DNA from: Adineta vaga
Lineage: Eukaryota; Animalia; Rotifera
Assembly (NCBI GenBank): GCA_021613535.1
Contig: CP075493.1
Location: forward strand, 2,542,001 to 2,606,000
Direction: 5' to 3'
Length of the DNA stretch: 64,000 nt
In this document: one piece after another, positions 51,695 to 64,000 of the stretch
How the letters are laid out: every line of letters begins with the position of its first letter
Numbering within the stretch: position 1 is the first letter of the stretch
Notes under the pieces: model-generated
Told to the model about the DNA's origin: nothing
Seen by the model: only the letters and a program-made list of their open reading frames with translations
Databases searched by the model: none
Program-made: the position numbers and the translations under genes

Positions 51695-54600
51695 ATGACT
51701 ACTGATCAAATACAACAGAATTATAAAAGACGGAAATTGTTACATTGTACTTGTGATTATCGGTGTAATTATTCTATTAGCAAGTCTATTTCTTATTACA
51801 GTTATTTATAAAACATTAAAGTCAAGTATGTATTTGTTGTTATGATATTTTTATTGATAATCGAAGAGCTTTGTATTGTTGTTTAAGAAGCACGAAGAGA
51901 AAGTTTAACATTATTCAATAGTAATTTAACCGAATTTGCTTTAAATCGATCTGAACGAGGTAAGATGAGATTTTTGAATATTTACAATTGATTTCTTGTC
52001 TGATTAGCATGTTTACATGGTGTCATCGAATGTAAATATAATGCTACATGTACTAAACAAAATGAATGTCAATGTATTTTTAATTGTTCTGATCATACTG
52101 AAACATCGAATAGGAATAATACATGTCGACTTGATCAAATTAAATGTCAATCATATTATGAGAAAAGTAAGTGAAAGAAAAGCTGAGAAGTACTGAATGT
52201 TTCCTTTTTGAAGAATACAATTCTTTAGAAGATTCGACATGCTTGTCGTTGAATTGTTCTCATGGGGCGAAATGTGTCATGAATGAAAATGGTTTAACTC
52301 GATGTGATTGTCCAATTAATTGTGATGAATATGTTCAGACAGTATCATCTGATGAATTAGTTTGTGGAAGTGATCATCAAACTTATAAAACAATCTGCGA
52401 ATTACATAAGAAAGCATGTAAAATACAAGAAGATTTATATGTTATTCATCCTGGCCAATGTCATATGTTAGATCACGCACAGTGTGATCCATATTTTGAT
52501 TGTTCAACAAAATATCGACCTGTATGTGCCAGTAATCTTTATACATATTCAAATGAATGTGAAATGCACAAATATGCTTGTCAATCGGATGTAAATTTAA
52601 AAAAATTACATGATAACAAATGTACATTTCAAGAAGAACAACAATTGAGGAAAGGTAAAGATTAGTTTTTTAATAGAATTGTTTTTTTCTTGAGAATATA
52701 TAGAATATGTTAGCTTGTAAAATAATAACTTGTTCAAATGGAAAAATATGTATGATGGAAAATGGATTGGGTGTATGTCGATGTTTGTTTAATTGTTCAT
52801 CAGAAGAGAACCAAGTAAGAGAAGAAAAATTATTCATTTCTGCATATTTCTTATGATTTTCTAAAGGTTTGTGCTTCCAATGGTCGATTCTATCCGAATT
52901 TATGCAATATGGAACGTGATCGTTGTCTGCATGATGGAAGTTTTGTACCTGTCGATCTATCCTATTGTATGCTATTCATCATTTTACATCAATTCGTCAT
53001 GATTGATTTTTGTTCAATTATGAAGGTACATCAATATGTGATAGGACACATTGTCCCTATGGTCGATGCAAACAACAAACAAATGATCAAATTGAATGTG
53101 AATGCAAACCATGTTCAAACAAATATTCAGATCGAGATCAAATCTGTGGAAATAATGGTTTTACATATCCGTAAGTAATGTTTGTTTTCAATCGTTTGAT
53201 GAGATACATATCTTTTAGATCACAATGTTTACTTGAATATGATGCTTGTACAACACAAAAAGATATTAAACCACGACATATGGGACCATGTAATAATTGT
53301 CAGAATGTTGTCTGTCCATTTCATGGATATTGTCGATCTGAACAAGGAAATTATACTTGTACATGTCCAACACGAGAAAGTTGTTTAACTGTAAGATAAT
53401 CCGATTGATTGAATTCATTACCTTTGTTTATATTTAGCGTAATCAATCGTATCCAATATGTGGTAGTAATCAAGAATTATTTTATAGTCAATGTGAAATG
53501 GATGTACGTTCATGTGAATTGAATACACATTTGTATACCGTTTCTCCTCATTATTGTATTCAAGATCGAGATCAAACAAGTAAAATGAAATGTTTTCAAC
53601 CTTCAGATGTTATTTTATTTTATTTCAATAGAATATACTTTTGAATGTGGTTATGATGAAATATTATTGGATTTGACATCGGATCATCATATTGAATGTG
53701 ATGCATTTGAACGATGTCCAATGAATAGTTATTGTAATAAACAGACGAATCGTTGTTGTGTAAAAGGTAAGAGAAACATGTATTTTCTGAAAGTAAAAAT
53801 CAATGATTTTGTTTTAGTTATTACGGCTATTTTACCCTATCGACTGTGTCAATCAGATGCAGATTGTGGACGGAAGATGATTTGTTCATATAATCTTTGT
53901 CATTGTACAAGTAATGATATGATTCCAGCAAGGAATAAACGAGAATGCAGTAAGAACAGTCTCATCCAGTTATATATATATTTATTCAGAATCTTCTGTT
54001 AGTTGTTCTTCCTACATATGTATCGGCAAATTCAACGTGCGATACTTCGCTGTATGGATGTTGCGAAGATCAAATTACTGTTTCATTAACACATGATCGA
54101 CAAGGATGTCCAGGTATATCGTTTTCTATCTAGTGAAAGACAAATCATTTTGTTTGTTTGAAGAGAATTGCAATTGTCATCCAACAGGTTCGTTACGAAC
54201 ATCATGCGATCCACAAACAGGTTCTTGTTACTGTCGTCCTGCTGTTGATGGACCAAGTTGTTACCATTGTGAAAAAGAATATTGGGCTTTTTCTCGAATT
54301 TCAACGCATAATAATACTGGCTGCACGCGTAAATGTTCAGTCTTAGAGATATGTTCGTTTTATTGAAAATATTCTTTTAGCTTGTGGTTGTCATCCGTAT
54401 GGTTCAAAAGGAAAAGAATGTTCACAAGATACAGGTCATTGCTCATGTCATTCATTTACAATGGGTCGTCAATGTGATAAATGTATTGATTCATCGTTGA
54501 TTTTAACAGATCATGGATGTGTTAATAGTATGTAGAAGAAAAACTAGAAATATTTATGTATATTTTGATATTGTAGTGAATAAAAATCCACGTCGTCGTC

Positions 54601-57600
54601 GTCAACGAACATGTCAAGATTTAACATGTCTTTTTGATGGCATATGTCAAATGAATAATGGATATCCTCAATGCACATGTGATCGAATGAGTTGTACAAA
54701 CGAAGAAGAAAATTTAATGAATATCTGTGCTTCAAATGGACGAACTTATAATTCCAAATGTGATATCAAACGACAACAATGTAAAGAACAATATGAAATT
54801 GTTTTGATGTATATCGGCGTTTGTCATGGTAAAATCAATAGGATTATTCAAAATTTTTCGTTGATTTTCATTCAATTAGGAAATGATGATGTTCAAAAAG
54901 TGGAAGATAATGATGTTGTCGAAGAAGAATTACCAATTGTACCTATAGATTCAAGTAAGTCAATAATAACGAATGTCTTTTTATGATAGTCGATTGTTTT
55001 CGTTTAGAACGATGTGTAATAGACAGAGATTGTGGAGAGAATATGGTTTGTTTATCTGAATTTTGCGAATGTGCTCAACAAAAATACAAACGAATTCAAG
55101 GACCACGATGCATAATGCGTAAGTGATTATTTGTTTTTATTGCACAGAATAATTCTAACTTGAAATCAATTTAGTTGAATCCAATCCATTAGAATCACAT
55201 AGAATAAGTACAATTTCGATTTATCATATCAATTTATGAAATATGACTGTGTTTATTCTAGTAAATCCTATCTATCGTCCATCAAATGGTTTATGTATGC
55301 AATTCAATCCATGTGAAAATCATGGTACGTGTCAAGATCAAATCAATGGTAGTTATGTATGTCTATGTTCATTTGGATGGACAGGTCGTCATTGCGATGA
55401 AAGTAAGAAATAGTCTTATGACATAAATCTTGTATGTACTTTTCGTTGATAGGAATTACAATAATTGTACCGTATTTCAATCATCAGTCGTATTTTGAAC
55501 TTCGTTCCTTCACAGAAATCAAATTAATTGATATTATCTTTGCAAGTGAACATGAAAATGGTTTGATTTTGTATTCCGAAAACAGTTCTGTAGATTTCTA
55601 TTTTATTATTGCTATACGAAATCGTGCGATTGAGATAACGTAAGAGTTTATTCAAAATATAAACAAAGATTTTGTCTTATTTGTTTTGAAATAGAATTCG
55701 TTCTGTTCGTTCAATATCCAAGATTCAATTATCTGAAAAGTTTGATCTACATACTTATGTTCGATTACAGATTCGTATTCTATACAATGAAATTCAAATA
55801 AAACTGAATAATGGAAATCTAACAACGAGTATGTTCTATGAAAACGTGTGAAAATAGAATAAAGAAAGAAGAAATATTTTATATTTAAGGATTATTACCA
55901 TTTGAAATTTTATTGAAAAATCAATTATACTTAGGTGGATTACCAGAATCATTGCAATCGTCAGTGAATTTAGTTTGTAATTATACACTTTAATGTTCTT
56001 TTTTGTTTAGTCTTTATCAACAAAATAATATTGACGAAGGTTTTAAAGGATGCATTCATGAATTTTCCATCAATGAACAAACAGTATTGTTTAACAATTC
56101 AGAACATACTGCTCAAAATATTAGTACGTATTTTCGTTATTCGATTAAAGTTCTGTTTTTCGTATATGGATCTATTTAGATGAATGTTTGGTCAATTCAT
56201 GTCAATCAACTTATTGTCAACATGGAACACGATGTGTACCATTAAGAAACAATGATCCACATAATTATGAATGTTTAAATCAAGATTATTCATCAATAGA
56301 TCGTTGTTTAAGAAAAACATGTGAATATAATCAGCAATGTATTCCTGTCTATCCAAATGATTATTTATGTATCTGTTCGAATTGTTCATCAGGTATGAAG
56401 AGAATAATTTCAATAAGTTTCACTGTTACTTTTCTCAACAGATTATCAATATATCGCTCAATTCTCGTCTCATAGTTATATTAAACATTTACCATTTCGA
56501 CCATTCAAAGATACAGGAAAATTTAAGATAGAATTATGGTTTTTAAGTGCAAGTTCATCAGGTTCTATTCGATTGATTGTCTTTTTGATTAGATCTAGAA
56601 GAATGATATATTTCTTTAGGTTTATTGATTTATAGTGAACATATTAATTTCAATAAAGGTCATATAAAATTATATTTACAACGAAAAATCTTGACATTTA
56701 ATATCGTACTTGGTACAAAGAGTATTGCTCTTAGGTATGTCATTTAAGAATTCGAAAATTTCAAATATTTCATTTCTATGAGATCTAGTTCTCGTTCTCC
56801 CATTGAACTGAATACGTGGCATCGATGTTTAATTGAAATTTATGGTCAAAAAATCACTTTAATTCTTGATCAAGAATCACCTGTCATTTCATATGAATTA
56901 TTTTCTTCCAATATACTATGGCCACGTTCATCAACATTCATTGGTTATCTACCTGAACAATATCGATCAGGAAATTCTCATATCTTCGAAGGATTTCAAG
57001 GCGCCATACAAAAAGTAAAATCTTTCATATTCTCTTGTGAAAAATCTTTCGAATTTATTCATTAGATCATTTTAAATAATCATGCGTTGAATGATATTCG
57101 TGAGAATGCAATAGAATTATTCAATATCACTGAATATTATGGTTATCCTTGTCAGTCATATCCATGTCTAATGAATCAACTCTGTAATCTAACAGATATC
57201 GATAATGATACATGTCTTGATCAATTAAGAAGTAGTGATACATCCGTTGAATTAGATGGATCGATTAATGCAATTTATGGATATACACCAGAGAATTTAC
57301 AACGAAATGAATTTGATTTATTAATGAAAACAAAATCTTCATCTGGTCTTATATTTTATATTGGTGAAACATCGATGTCATTCTTTTCGAAATATTTATC
57401 TCTGATACTTGTCAATGGTTTTCTACAATTTGAAACAAAAGTTGATAAGAATTCAAGTACGATCTTGTTGAAATCCAAAGTACGCATTGATGATGGACGA
57501 TGGCATCGAATTGAAATTGAAAGGTAGAGTTTGTAAATCATTTGTCTCTGCAAATATTGATCTTTTTTTTAGAGTTCGTCGTCGTATTATAATGAAGGTT

Positions 57601-57837
57601 GATGATATTTATCGTTATCAAACTGTGTCATTAAGTAAAGAAACAGAATTCTATCCTAATCCATTGTATATCTATATTGGTGGATATAATCAATTGTGTA
57701 GTTATGATGAACAACATTGTCAAGCATTTCGTGGATGTTTAAATAATGTTACTATTGATCATCATCATTTAAATCTAGTAAATGATGAAATAAATCAACA
57801 TCGAAGATTAAAACCGTGTCATGATTTGATAAGATAA
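51695..57837 (+). CDS. Agrin-like protein (type II TM, Kazal/follistatin repeats, laminin-EGF, EGF, three LamG-like domains)
   Basis: Kazal [15 protein letters not shown] and [16 protein letters not shown]; laminin-EGF CNCHPTGS...[15 protein letters not shown]; LamG GLIFYIG...DDGRWH...YIGG...FRGCL. One apparent frameshift at ~51740, before the TM. Confidence 0.85.
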
Positions 57838-58100
57838 ACTTATAAATCAATGTTTTTCAATTCAATACGTAGTTTTATTTTCATATTTATAAAATTAGTT
57901 TATTAAAAAATTTAAATGTACTATTGTATATTTTGTATTTGTCAACGATGTCATTATTGTTAATTGTATTTGTTAAAATATCTTTGTATACTTTAACTAA
58001 ATTCACTTGTCTTTTTTAAGACAAGAGCAATTCGACATTTGGATTTAAATTAAAGTGTATTAGAAATCTTTTGTGCTTTCAAAATAACTATGTTCTTCAT

Positions 58101-58512
58101 TTGTGAACATGCAGAACTGCGATTAAGAGTGGTATATAGATGGCACTGTCTTTAGCAAAAATAATTTGATATTTATCACTAACATCAACAGATATTAGGT
58201 AACTTCGATATTTGAAAGATCGACGGTAGAAGTTGGAGACATGAGCGGCATCAGCATATATAGTGGAAAGATCATCGACATCATGTACCGATCGAGTACC
58301 ATCATCATTACCAGTTAAAGAACTATATACCGTACAGTATCAACAGGAGTAAGAGCATTATCATCATCTTCAGACCGAGGGTCATCCATTGCAAATGGGA
58401 CAAAGGGGAACATTAAAATCACGAAACTAACAATAAGCCATAGAATTGTTAGAACAGTTACGCCCACACCCACCCTGTTATTCTGTAAAATGCTATTTAT
58501 CTCTACACTCAT
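58101..58512 (-). other. Possible small membrane protein gene or pseudogene (frame break at ~58330)
   Basis: 65-aa ORF with a hydrophobic helix; a second frame continues open for ~78 aa. No family recognised. Confidence 0.3.
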
Positions 58513-58832
58513 ATTTGTTTGCTTAAAACATCACAAGGATGAATAGATAGTCGAATCTTAAATTTGATTCATGGAACAATTTTTATTGTTGATGAATCTT
58601 AAATAATAAACTTATAACATGGATCAACAATGATTATAGTTTCTTGGCAACTTGTCATTGCACAATCACTGATTAATCTCTTTATGACATACAGACAAAT
58701 ACTAAAACACTCTACTTCTAATATTAAACTGATAAGAAACTTTGGTATATAAAAAAAGGTAATCCCAATGTATTCAATGAAATCAATCAACAAAAGACTT
58801 CTGATTTTTCTTCTCTCCTTAACACGAACATT

Positions 58833-59321
58833 ATGAATTCTTGGAATTGTAAGTAACAAAAAATCAGATTATTACGAGCAGAAAAATTATAAGAAACAAA
58901 TCTTTTCCTTTCAGCTGGTCTTTTCGATTGCTTCAGTGATGGTAGTATTTGTTTCTATGGTTGGTGTTGTACACCATGTCTCTATGGAGAAAATGCACAA
59001 AAAATTGATGGCAGTGGCTGTTTTAGTTCATGTTGTCTATGGACTTTATTATCAGGATGTAGTTTATGTTGCCTAGTGCATAAGAGTAAACGACAAACAC
59101 TACGTAATAAGTATGGTCTACCAGAAGATTGTAATGATTGTGTAGCCACTACATTCTGTGCTGCTTGTGCTGTTTGTCAAGAAGCACGTGAACTGAAATT
59201 TCGTTCGGCTCCATATGGAGGTATATAAGAATGTAAACGATGTATACAGTAAGAACACTATTTTCTTTCATGCTTAGGTCCAGGTCCAGTTACAGTACAA
59301 CCACATCAACGACAATATTAA
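58833..59321 (+). CDS. PLAC8/cornifelin family Cys-rich protein (3 exons), copy 1
   Basis: MNSWN|SGLFDCFSDGSICFYGWCCTPCLYGENA...RQTLRNKYGL...DC...FCAACAVCQEARELK. Absent from the ORF track. Confidence 0.9.
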
Positions 59322-59514
59322 AGCAATGAATGAAATAATTGATTAAAGATTTCTGTTCTATCGAGAGCATTAAAACGAACTTATTTTGTATGGTATTTTA
59401 ATTAACATAAGAAAAAATTCAAAATAAAATAAGTCATACATTTTTCAACTTACAGGTTCATAAGTGATTCTTTACAATTAGTTGTTTATTCTTGCAAGAA
59501 AAAAGCATAAAAAA

Positions 59515-60240
59515 TTAGTTCTGTATCTTGCTATTATTTGTCTGTTGTAATGGCTGTCGTTGATATAAGTAAATGAGTGGACCAAGTAAAGGAATAAATG
59601 TCAATGGAAAATAATGTTTGAATTGCTTATCTCTATCCATATCTCTACGTTTTAAATCATCATTAATTAAAAAAGGAAATAGAAATGAAACAACAAAGAA
59701 ATCAATAGTCATCACATGAATAAATTGATTTCGATCAAATTCTTGTCGAAATTCATGTAAATTTCCAAACATTATAGCGAATAATATTAAACCGATAGTT
59801 GAAATCATTAGACCAATTGCAATTAATTTCGATTCAAACAGACGAACGAAATAATTTATTCGAAATTTTTTTCCACATTCACTACGTCGTAAAGCAAAGT
59901 ATGGTAAAAGAATAAAACCACCCAATACCATGGCCATACATGAAGCTAGACTACCGTTAAATGGTTGATTTTGACCATCAGTCAATAATATTGACATATA
60001 AACAAGTGGCCATATGCCTGGGAAAAGAAGAGAGTTTCTATTTTAGGAAACTTATTTTAACTTACCTAAAAAGTAGAATAGAGAAATGATATATGGGTCA
60101 ATATCATTCCACGGTCCAAACATTAGTTGTTTAACATAGACACCTGTAGACTTCGATCTTTGATCAGTTTTTGGTGCAAAGAATAGAGTGTACAGAAGAA
60201 ATACACACCAAATGATCCAAAATACTTTTTTTACCGCCAT
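59515..60240 (-). CDS. DUF2834-like multi-pass membrane protein (cyanobacterial/plant-type), 2 exons
   Basis: FWIIW...FFAP...IDPYIISLFYFLG|IWPLVY..ILLTDG...LLPYFALR...FIHVMTIDF...DDLKRR...IPLLGPLIYL..R.PL. Family recognised from memory. Confidence 0.75.
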
Positions 60241-61257
60241 ACTAATGACTAGTTATTATTAACTATCTTCACTGATCATGATCAACAGGGAATTGAGATG
60301 GATGGTTCATGAAAATCTCCAACCAATTCATCTTATACTTTTATTTATTTATAACGTCTTATTAATTTGGAGAGATGTCAGTATTGTTCGAATGTTTAGT
60401 CCCATCTGATGAATATATTAACTATTTATCAATTTAATTGAAAATTAATGGTATGAAAACAATTTACAAATGTTGATTGACACAACAAGTCCTTCGCAAT
60501 GGTAATAGTTATACTGAAAAGTCTAAAATATATTTTCAACTTCAAACGATTTTATCATGTCATAAAAATTGTCATTGACGTATCAACGATATTATTCTTT
60601 CTTATAGATTTTGTATAAAAAAATATGTTTATTATAAGTTTTAGCATCTCGTCTTACAAAATATCAAGCCGTTTTTTTTCTCCTTTATTTGCTTTGTAAA
60701 GAAAAAGAAATTACTCAATTCATTGATCACAGAACTTTTTCTATTGATATAAGGTTAAAAAAAACGTAAAGTAGAATATGAGAAGCATATACTATCGTAT
60801 TAGCATATGACATGAAAAAATATAAAAGACCCTGGGTCGAATATACTTCTATTAAATGCATATTTGATTGCTTTTTTTTTCGAATCTTCAATAAAACATA
60901 ATGTATTTTATACAATCATACAGAATATTTCTCACTTTTCATAACAGCGGGAAGAAATTAGTCCGGATAAGAAAAAAAAGTACGATTAAAGGAAATCTCT
61001 CGAACAACATTTAAAATTGTTTATCTAATTGTTTTAGTGTAGGTGGTTCTTCCTCAATCTTTTTCCTAATATGATGAGATAAGGTTTTAATTCTCTTTCC
61101 AATAGGAACTTACAAGTACTAGATATATTTTTTTTCAGTAAGAAATAAGAGATTGATAGTATTTTCTCTCTACTCTGTTCTATATTAACGCTTGTCTGTC
61201 TGTCTGTCAAAATTAGTTAAGAAACATTTTCTTTTTCAGATTTTTTTCTTTACAAAG

Positions 61258-61774
61258 ATGTCTGGTGTAAACCAATGGAACGGTAAGTTATGTAAGTGTT
61301 TATTGCAATGAATTTATCAAGTATATTTTAGAATCTTTATTTGGTTGTTTCGATGATTGGAAAATATGTTGTTACGGTTACTGGTGTTTACCATGTTTAT
61401 TTGGTACAAATGCCGAAAAAATCAAAGGTGATAATTGTGTTGGTATGTGTTGTGCATATTCACTTTTAGCAAGTTGTGCCCTTTCTTGGTTACCACACTG
61501 TTATGTACGTCAAGCATTTCGTGAGAAATATAATCTAGTAGAAGATCCATCATGTGGAGATTGTTTAACAACATTTTGTTGTGGTCCATGTGCCATCTGT
61601 CAAGAAGCTCGTGAATTACAATCGAGAGGTATGATGATTCTATTCAAAATCAATCGTTAATTTTTTTTACTCTATAGAAGGAAATGCTAAACGATATCAA
61701 CCATCCAATCCAACAATAACGGCTCCACCAATGGCAATTCAAGAGATGCTCATCCTAATGTTTATCGAGTATAA
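61258..61774 (+). CDS. PLAC8/cornifelin family Cys-rich protein (3 exons), copy 2
   Basis: MSGVNQWN|ESLFGCFDDWKICCYGYWCLPCLFGTNA...RQAFREKYNL...CCGPCAICQEARELQ. The stop is at 61774 or 61819, depending on a possible indel. Confidence 0.9.
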
Positions 61775-62586
61775 AAATATTGATCTAAATTCATCCATTA
61801 TTTTTTTTTCTTTCATTAATAAATCCCTTTTTTGAGTATCGAAAACATATCGAATATAAAAAAAGACGCAAACACACATGGTACCATATCAAAGAATCTT
61901 AATTCGTATGAATATATACATTTTGATTAAGCATAAACACGTATTTCGTATGACCAACTTATTCGACAAGAAAGTATTATAAATAAAATAAGCACTGCGA
62001 TTGTGTTTGAAATATAATTCTACCGAAAGAACAACTATTGACATCAATTACATTTATATACGAGTAAAAAGAGTATGTCAAATAGAAATCAAACATCAAT
62101 TCATTGATAATCTCATGTAATTAGATCAATGAACCTTTCAATAAAGAACATCATTACATGAAAATCCAGATTTTCACATTATTCTTTCGATTAATAGAAA
62201 AATTATTTCATGCAATGAAATCAATGTCAATATAGATACATTCGTTCGTTTAAACTTTCATACTCTATGTACGAGACAATGACTAGTAGCAAGAGAAAAA
62301 CAACGAGAGATCAAACGTATCATCAGTATTAACTTGACGGTCGCTATACAAACGAATACGACGAAGAGAAGAATGTCTGGACGCATTTCGGCTAATAACT
62401 CCAAGATAAACACTCATTTAGAGAATAGAACGTATATTCAATATTGACCATTACACATCTACATACATATAATATATAACATTCGTTCAGTTGTCTGATT
62501 TTATTTGACGTACATCTTTCCTCGAGTGATCGACTTGAAAATGACTCGTACATTTTGTTTTACATGAGTATGCACGGAAGGACGAC

Positions 62587-64000
62587 ATGGTCCATTGGTT
62601 AATGATTATTCTTACTTATAATTTAGCCATTTTAAAAGTTCGTTCATTGATTAGTTTGTTTTCTTTTTCTTTTTGTCTATGATTTATTTTCTCAATTGTC
62701 TTTTCAGTTATCAGTTAGTGAAGTGACACTTGCATTACGTTTACTTCATTATAAAAATCGAAATGGTTTAACATATGAAAATCGTCCATGTGATACAAAA
62801 TATGAACATGATATCAATCGAGATGGCCGATGTGATACAGCGTTTTTATTTTGTCTTGTACGATTACCATTTCAAAATCCACATAATTGTACATTAGGTG
62901 ATTATTTTACGGATTTTGTCGGTGCTGATGATATTCATTTTATTAATGTTAATCAACCACAACAACGATCATCTTCCACTTCATTGTTGAATTCTATTTG
63001 GTATCAACCAGTTATTAATTTCCACTTTAAATATCCTAAAGTATAATTTTAAATCAAAGATTACATTTTCTATTTTAGAATCCAATGTTGTTTTCTTTAT
63101 TTAGACAGGTGTTGGTTTAATAGTCGAAGTATTTGATATTGATGATGCTAATAATCATACCATACATGACTCGATTGATTTTTATGGTAGAACATTAGTT
63201 GATTTGAATATTTATCCATCGAAGGATTCAGCCAAACCACAACGCTTGTTTTTACGCAGTCTATTTGGTGCTTATACAAATCTAACAGCAGATTTTTCAG
63301 TTGAGTTTCTCTCTCTTTTTTCTTCACATAACACTTGAATTGAATGTTAATATTTAGCTTTATTGTTCATCGAATTATTTTGGTACAGATTGTGAAATCT
63401 TTTGTTTACCAAATGCACAACGTTATGATTGTGATTCCAATACAGGACAGAAACTTTGTAAACATGGATATTTTGGACAAGATTGTTTGAGTGGTATAGA
63501 GGGCGAAAAAAAAGGAAAGTCTCATTGATCTTGTTGGTTTTTGTTTTAGATGTTCGTGCTTGTGAAGATGAACCATGTTTAAATAATGGAACATGTGTTG
63601 TATATCTTCGAAGTTATTTATGTCAATGTCAGAAAGGATTTATGGACGATCGTGTGAAATTGGTAAGATGAACAAAGAGATATTTGACTGAAAAATGTGA
63701 GAATTCTTCGTTTAAATTAGGTTCAACAGTGCGAATCTTTTCACCGACATGTGATCGAATGAATTGTATGCATGGATATTGTTCAAAAGATGGCAAATGT
63801 GTTTGTTATAATGGTTGGACATCGGAAAATTGTAATGAAAGTTTTATTAGTGGTATGTTTAGTTTCTTTGCGAATTTCCATATTCAACGAATTGACATAG
63901 GAGAATCTGGTTGTTCCAGTCGTCCATGTTTACATAATGCAACATGTGAAACATTAACTGATGTGAATCCAGCATCCGCTTATCGTTGCCATTGTCGATC
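62587..64000 (+). CDS. Delta/Serrate-like Notch ligand (3' end outside window)
   Basis: Signal peptide MVHWLMIILTYNLAILK|LSVS; MNNL/C2 LRLLHYKN..G...CDTAFLFCL; DSL CSSNYFGTDCEIFC...CD..GQKLCKHGYFGQDC; EGF repeats. Confidence 0.85.

Overview
AT-rich, compact eukaryotic (animal) genomic DNA with many short (~45-60 nt) GT-AG introns. The gene content and style (lineage-type F-box proteins, bacterial-type genes between core metazoan genes) best fit a bdelloid rotifer; this is an inference. About 25 genes were read by manual splicing. Core metazoan genes: HP1, SPOP, SDHD, USP12/46, RNF145/TRC8, GNPNAT1, an MRL (RA-PH) adaptor, an agrin-like gene, a Delta-like ligand, a somatostatin/allatostatin-C-like GPCR, a Fos/ATF3-like bZIP, an alpha-1,3-fucosyltransferase and two PLAC8 paralogues. 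The most notable items are: (1) a spliced prepro-knottin (ICK, toxin/antimicrobial-like) gene missed by the ORF track; (2) an intact xenopsin/c-type opsin with Glu at both counterion positions, 113 and 181; (3) a secreted, probably GPI-anchored protein with two GPR158-like ectodomains, no 7TM, and a linker bounded by furin sites; (4) horizontal-transfer candidates (rhaM, a DUF2834-like gene with an intron, an EEP hydrolase); (5) a patchwork of truncated gene fragments beside a ~130-bp-arm foldback; (6) an FN3 protein with an 18-aa tandem repeat. Several otherwise intact genes contain single frameshifts, most likely assembly indels. Exon boundaries were read by eye and some gene starts are approximate. 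No database searches were run.
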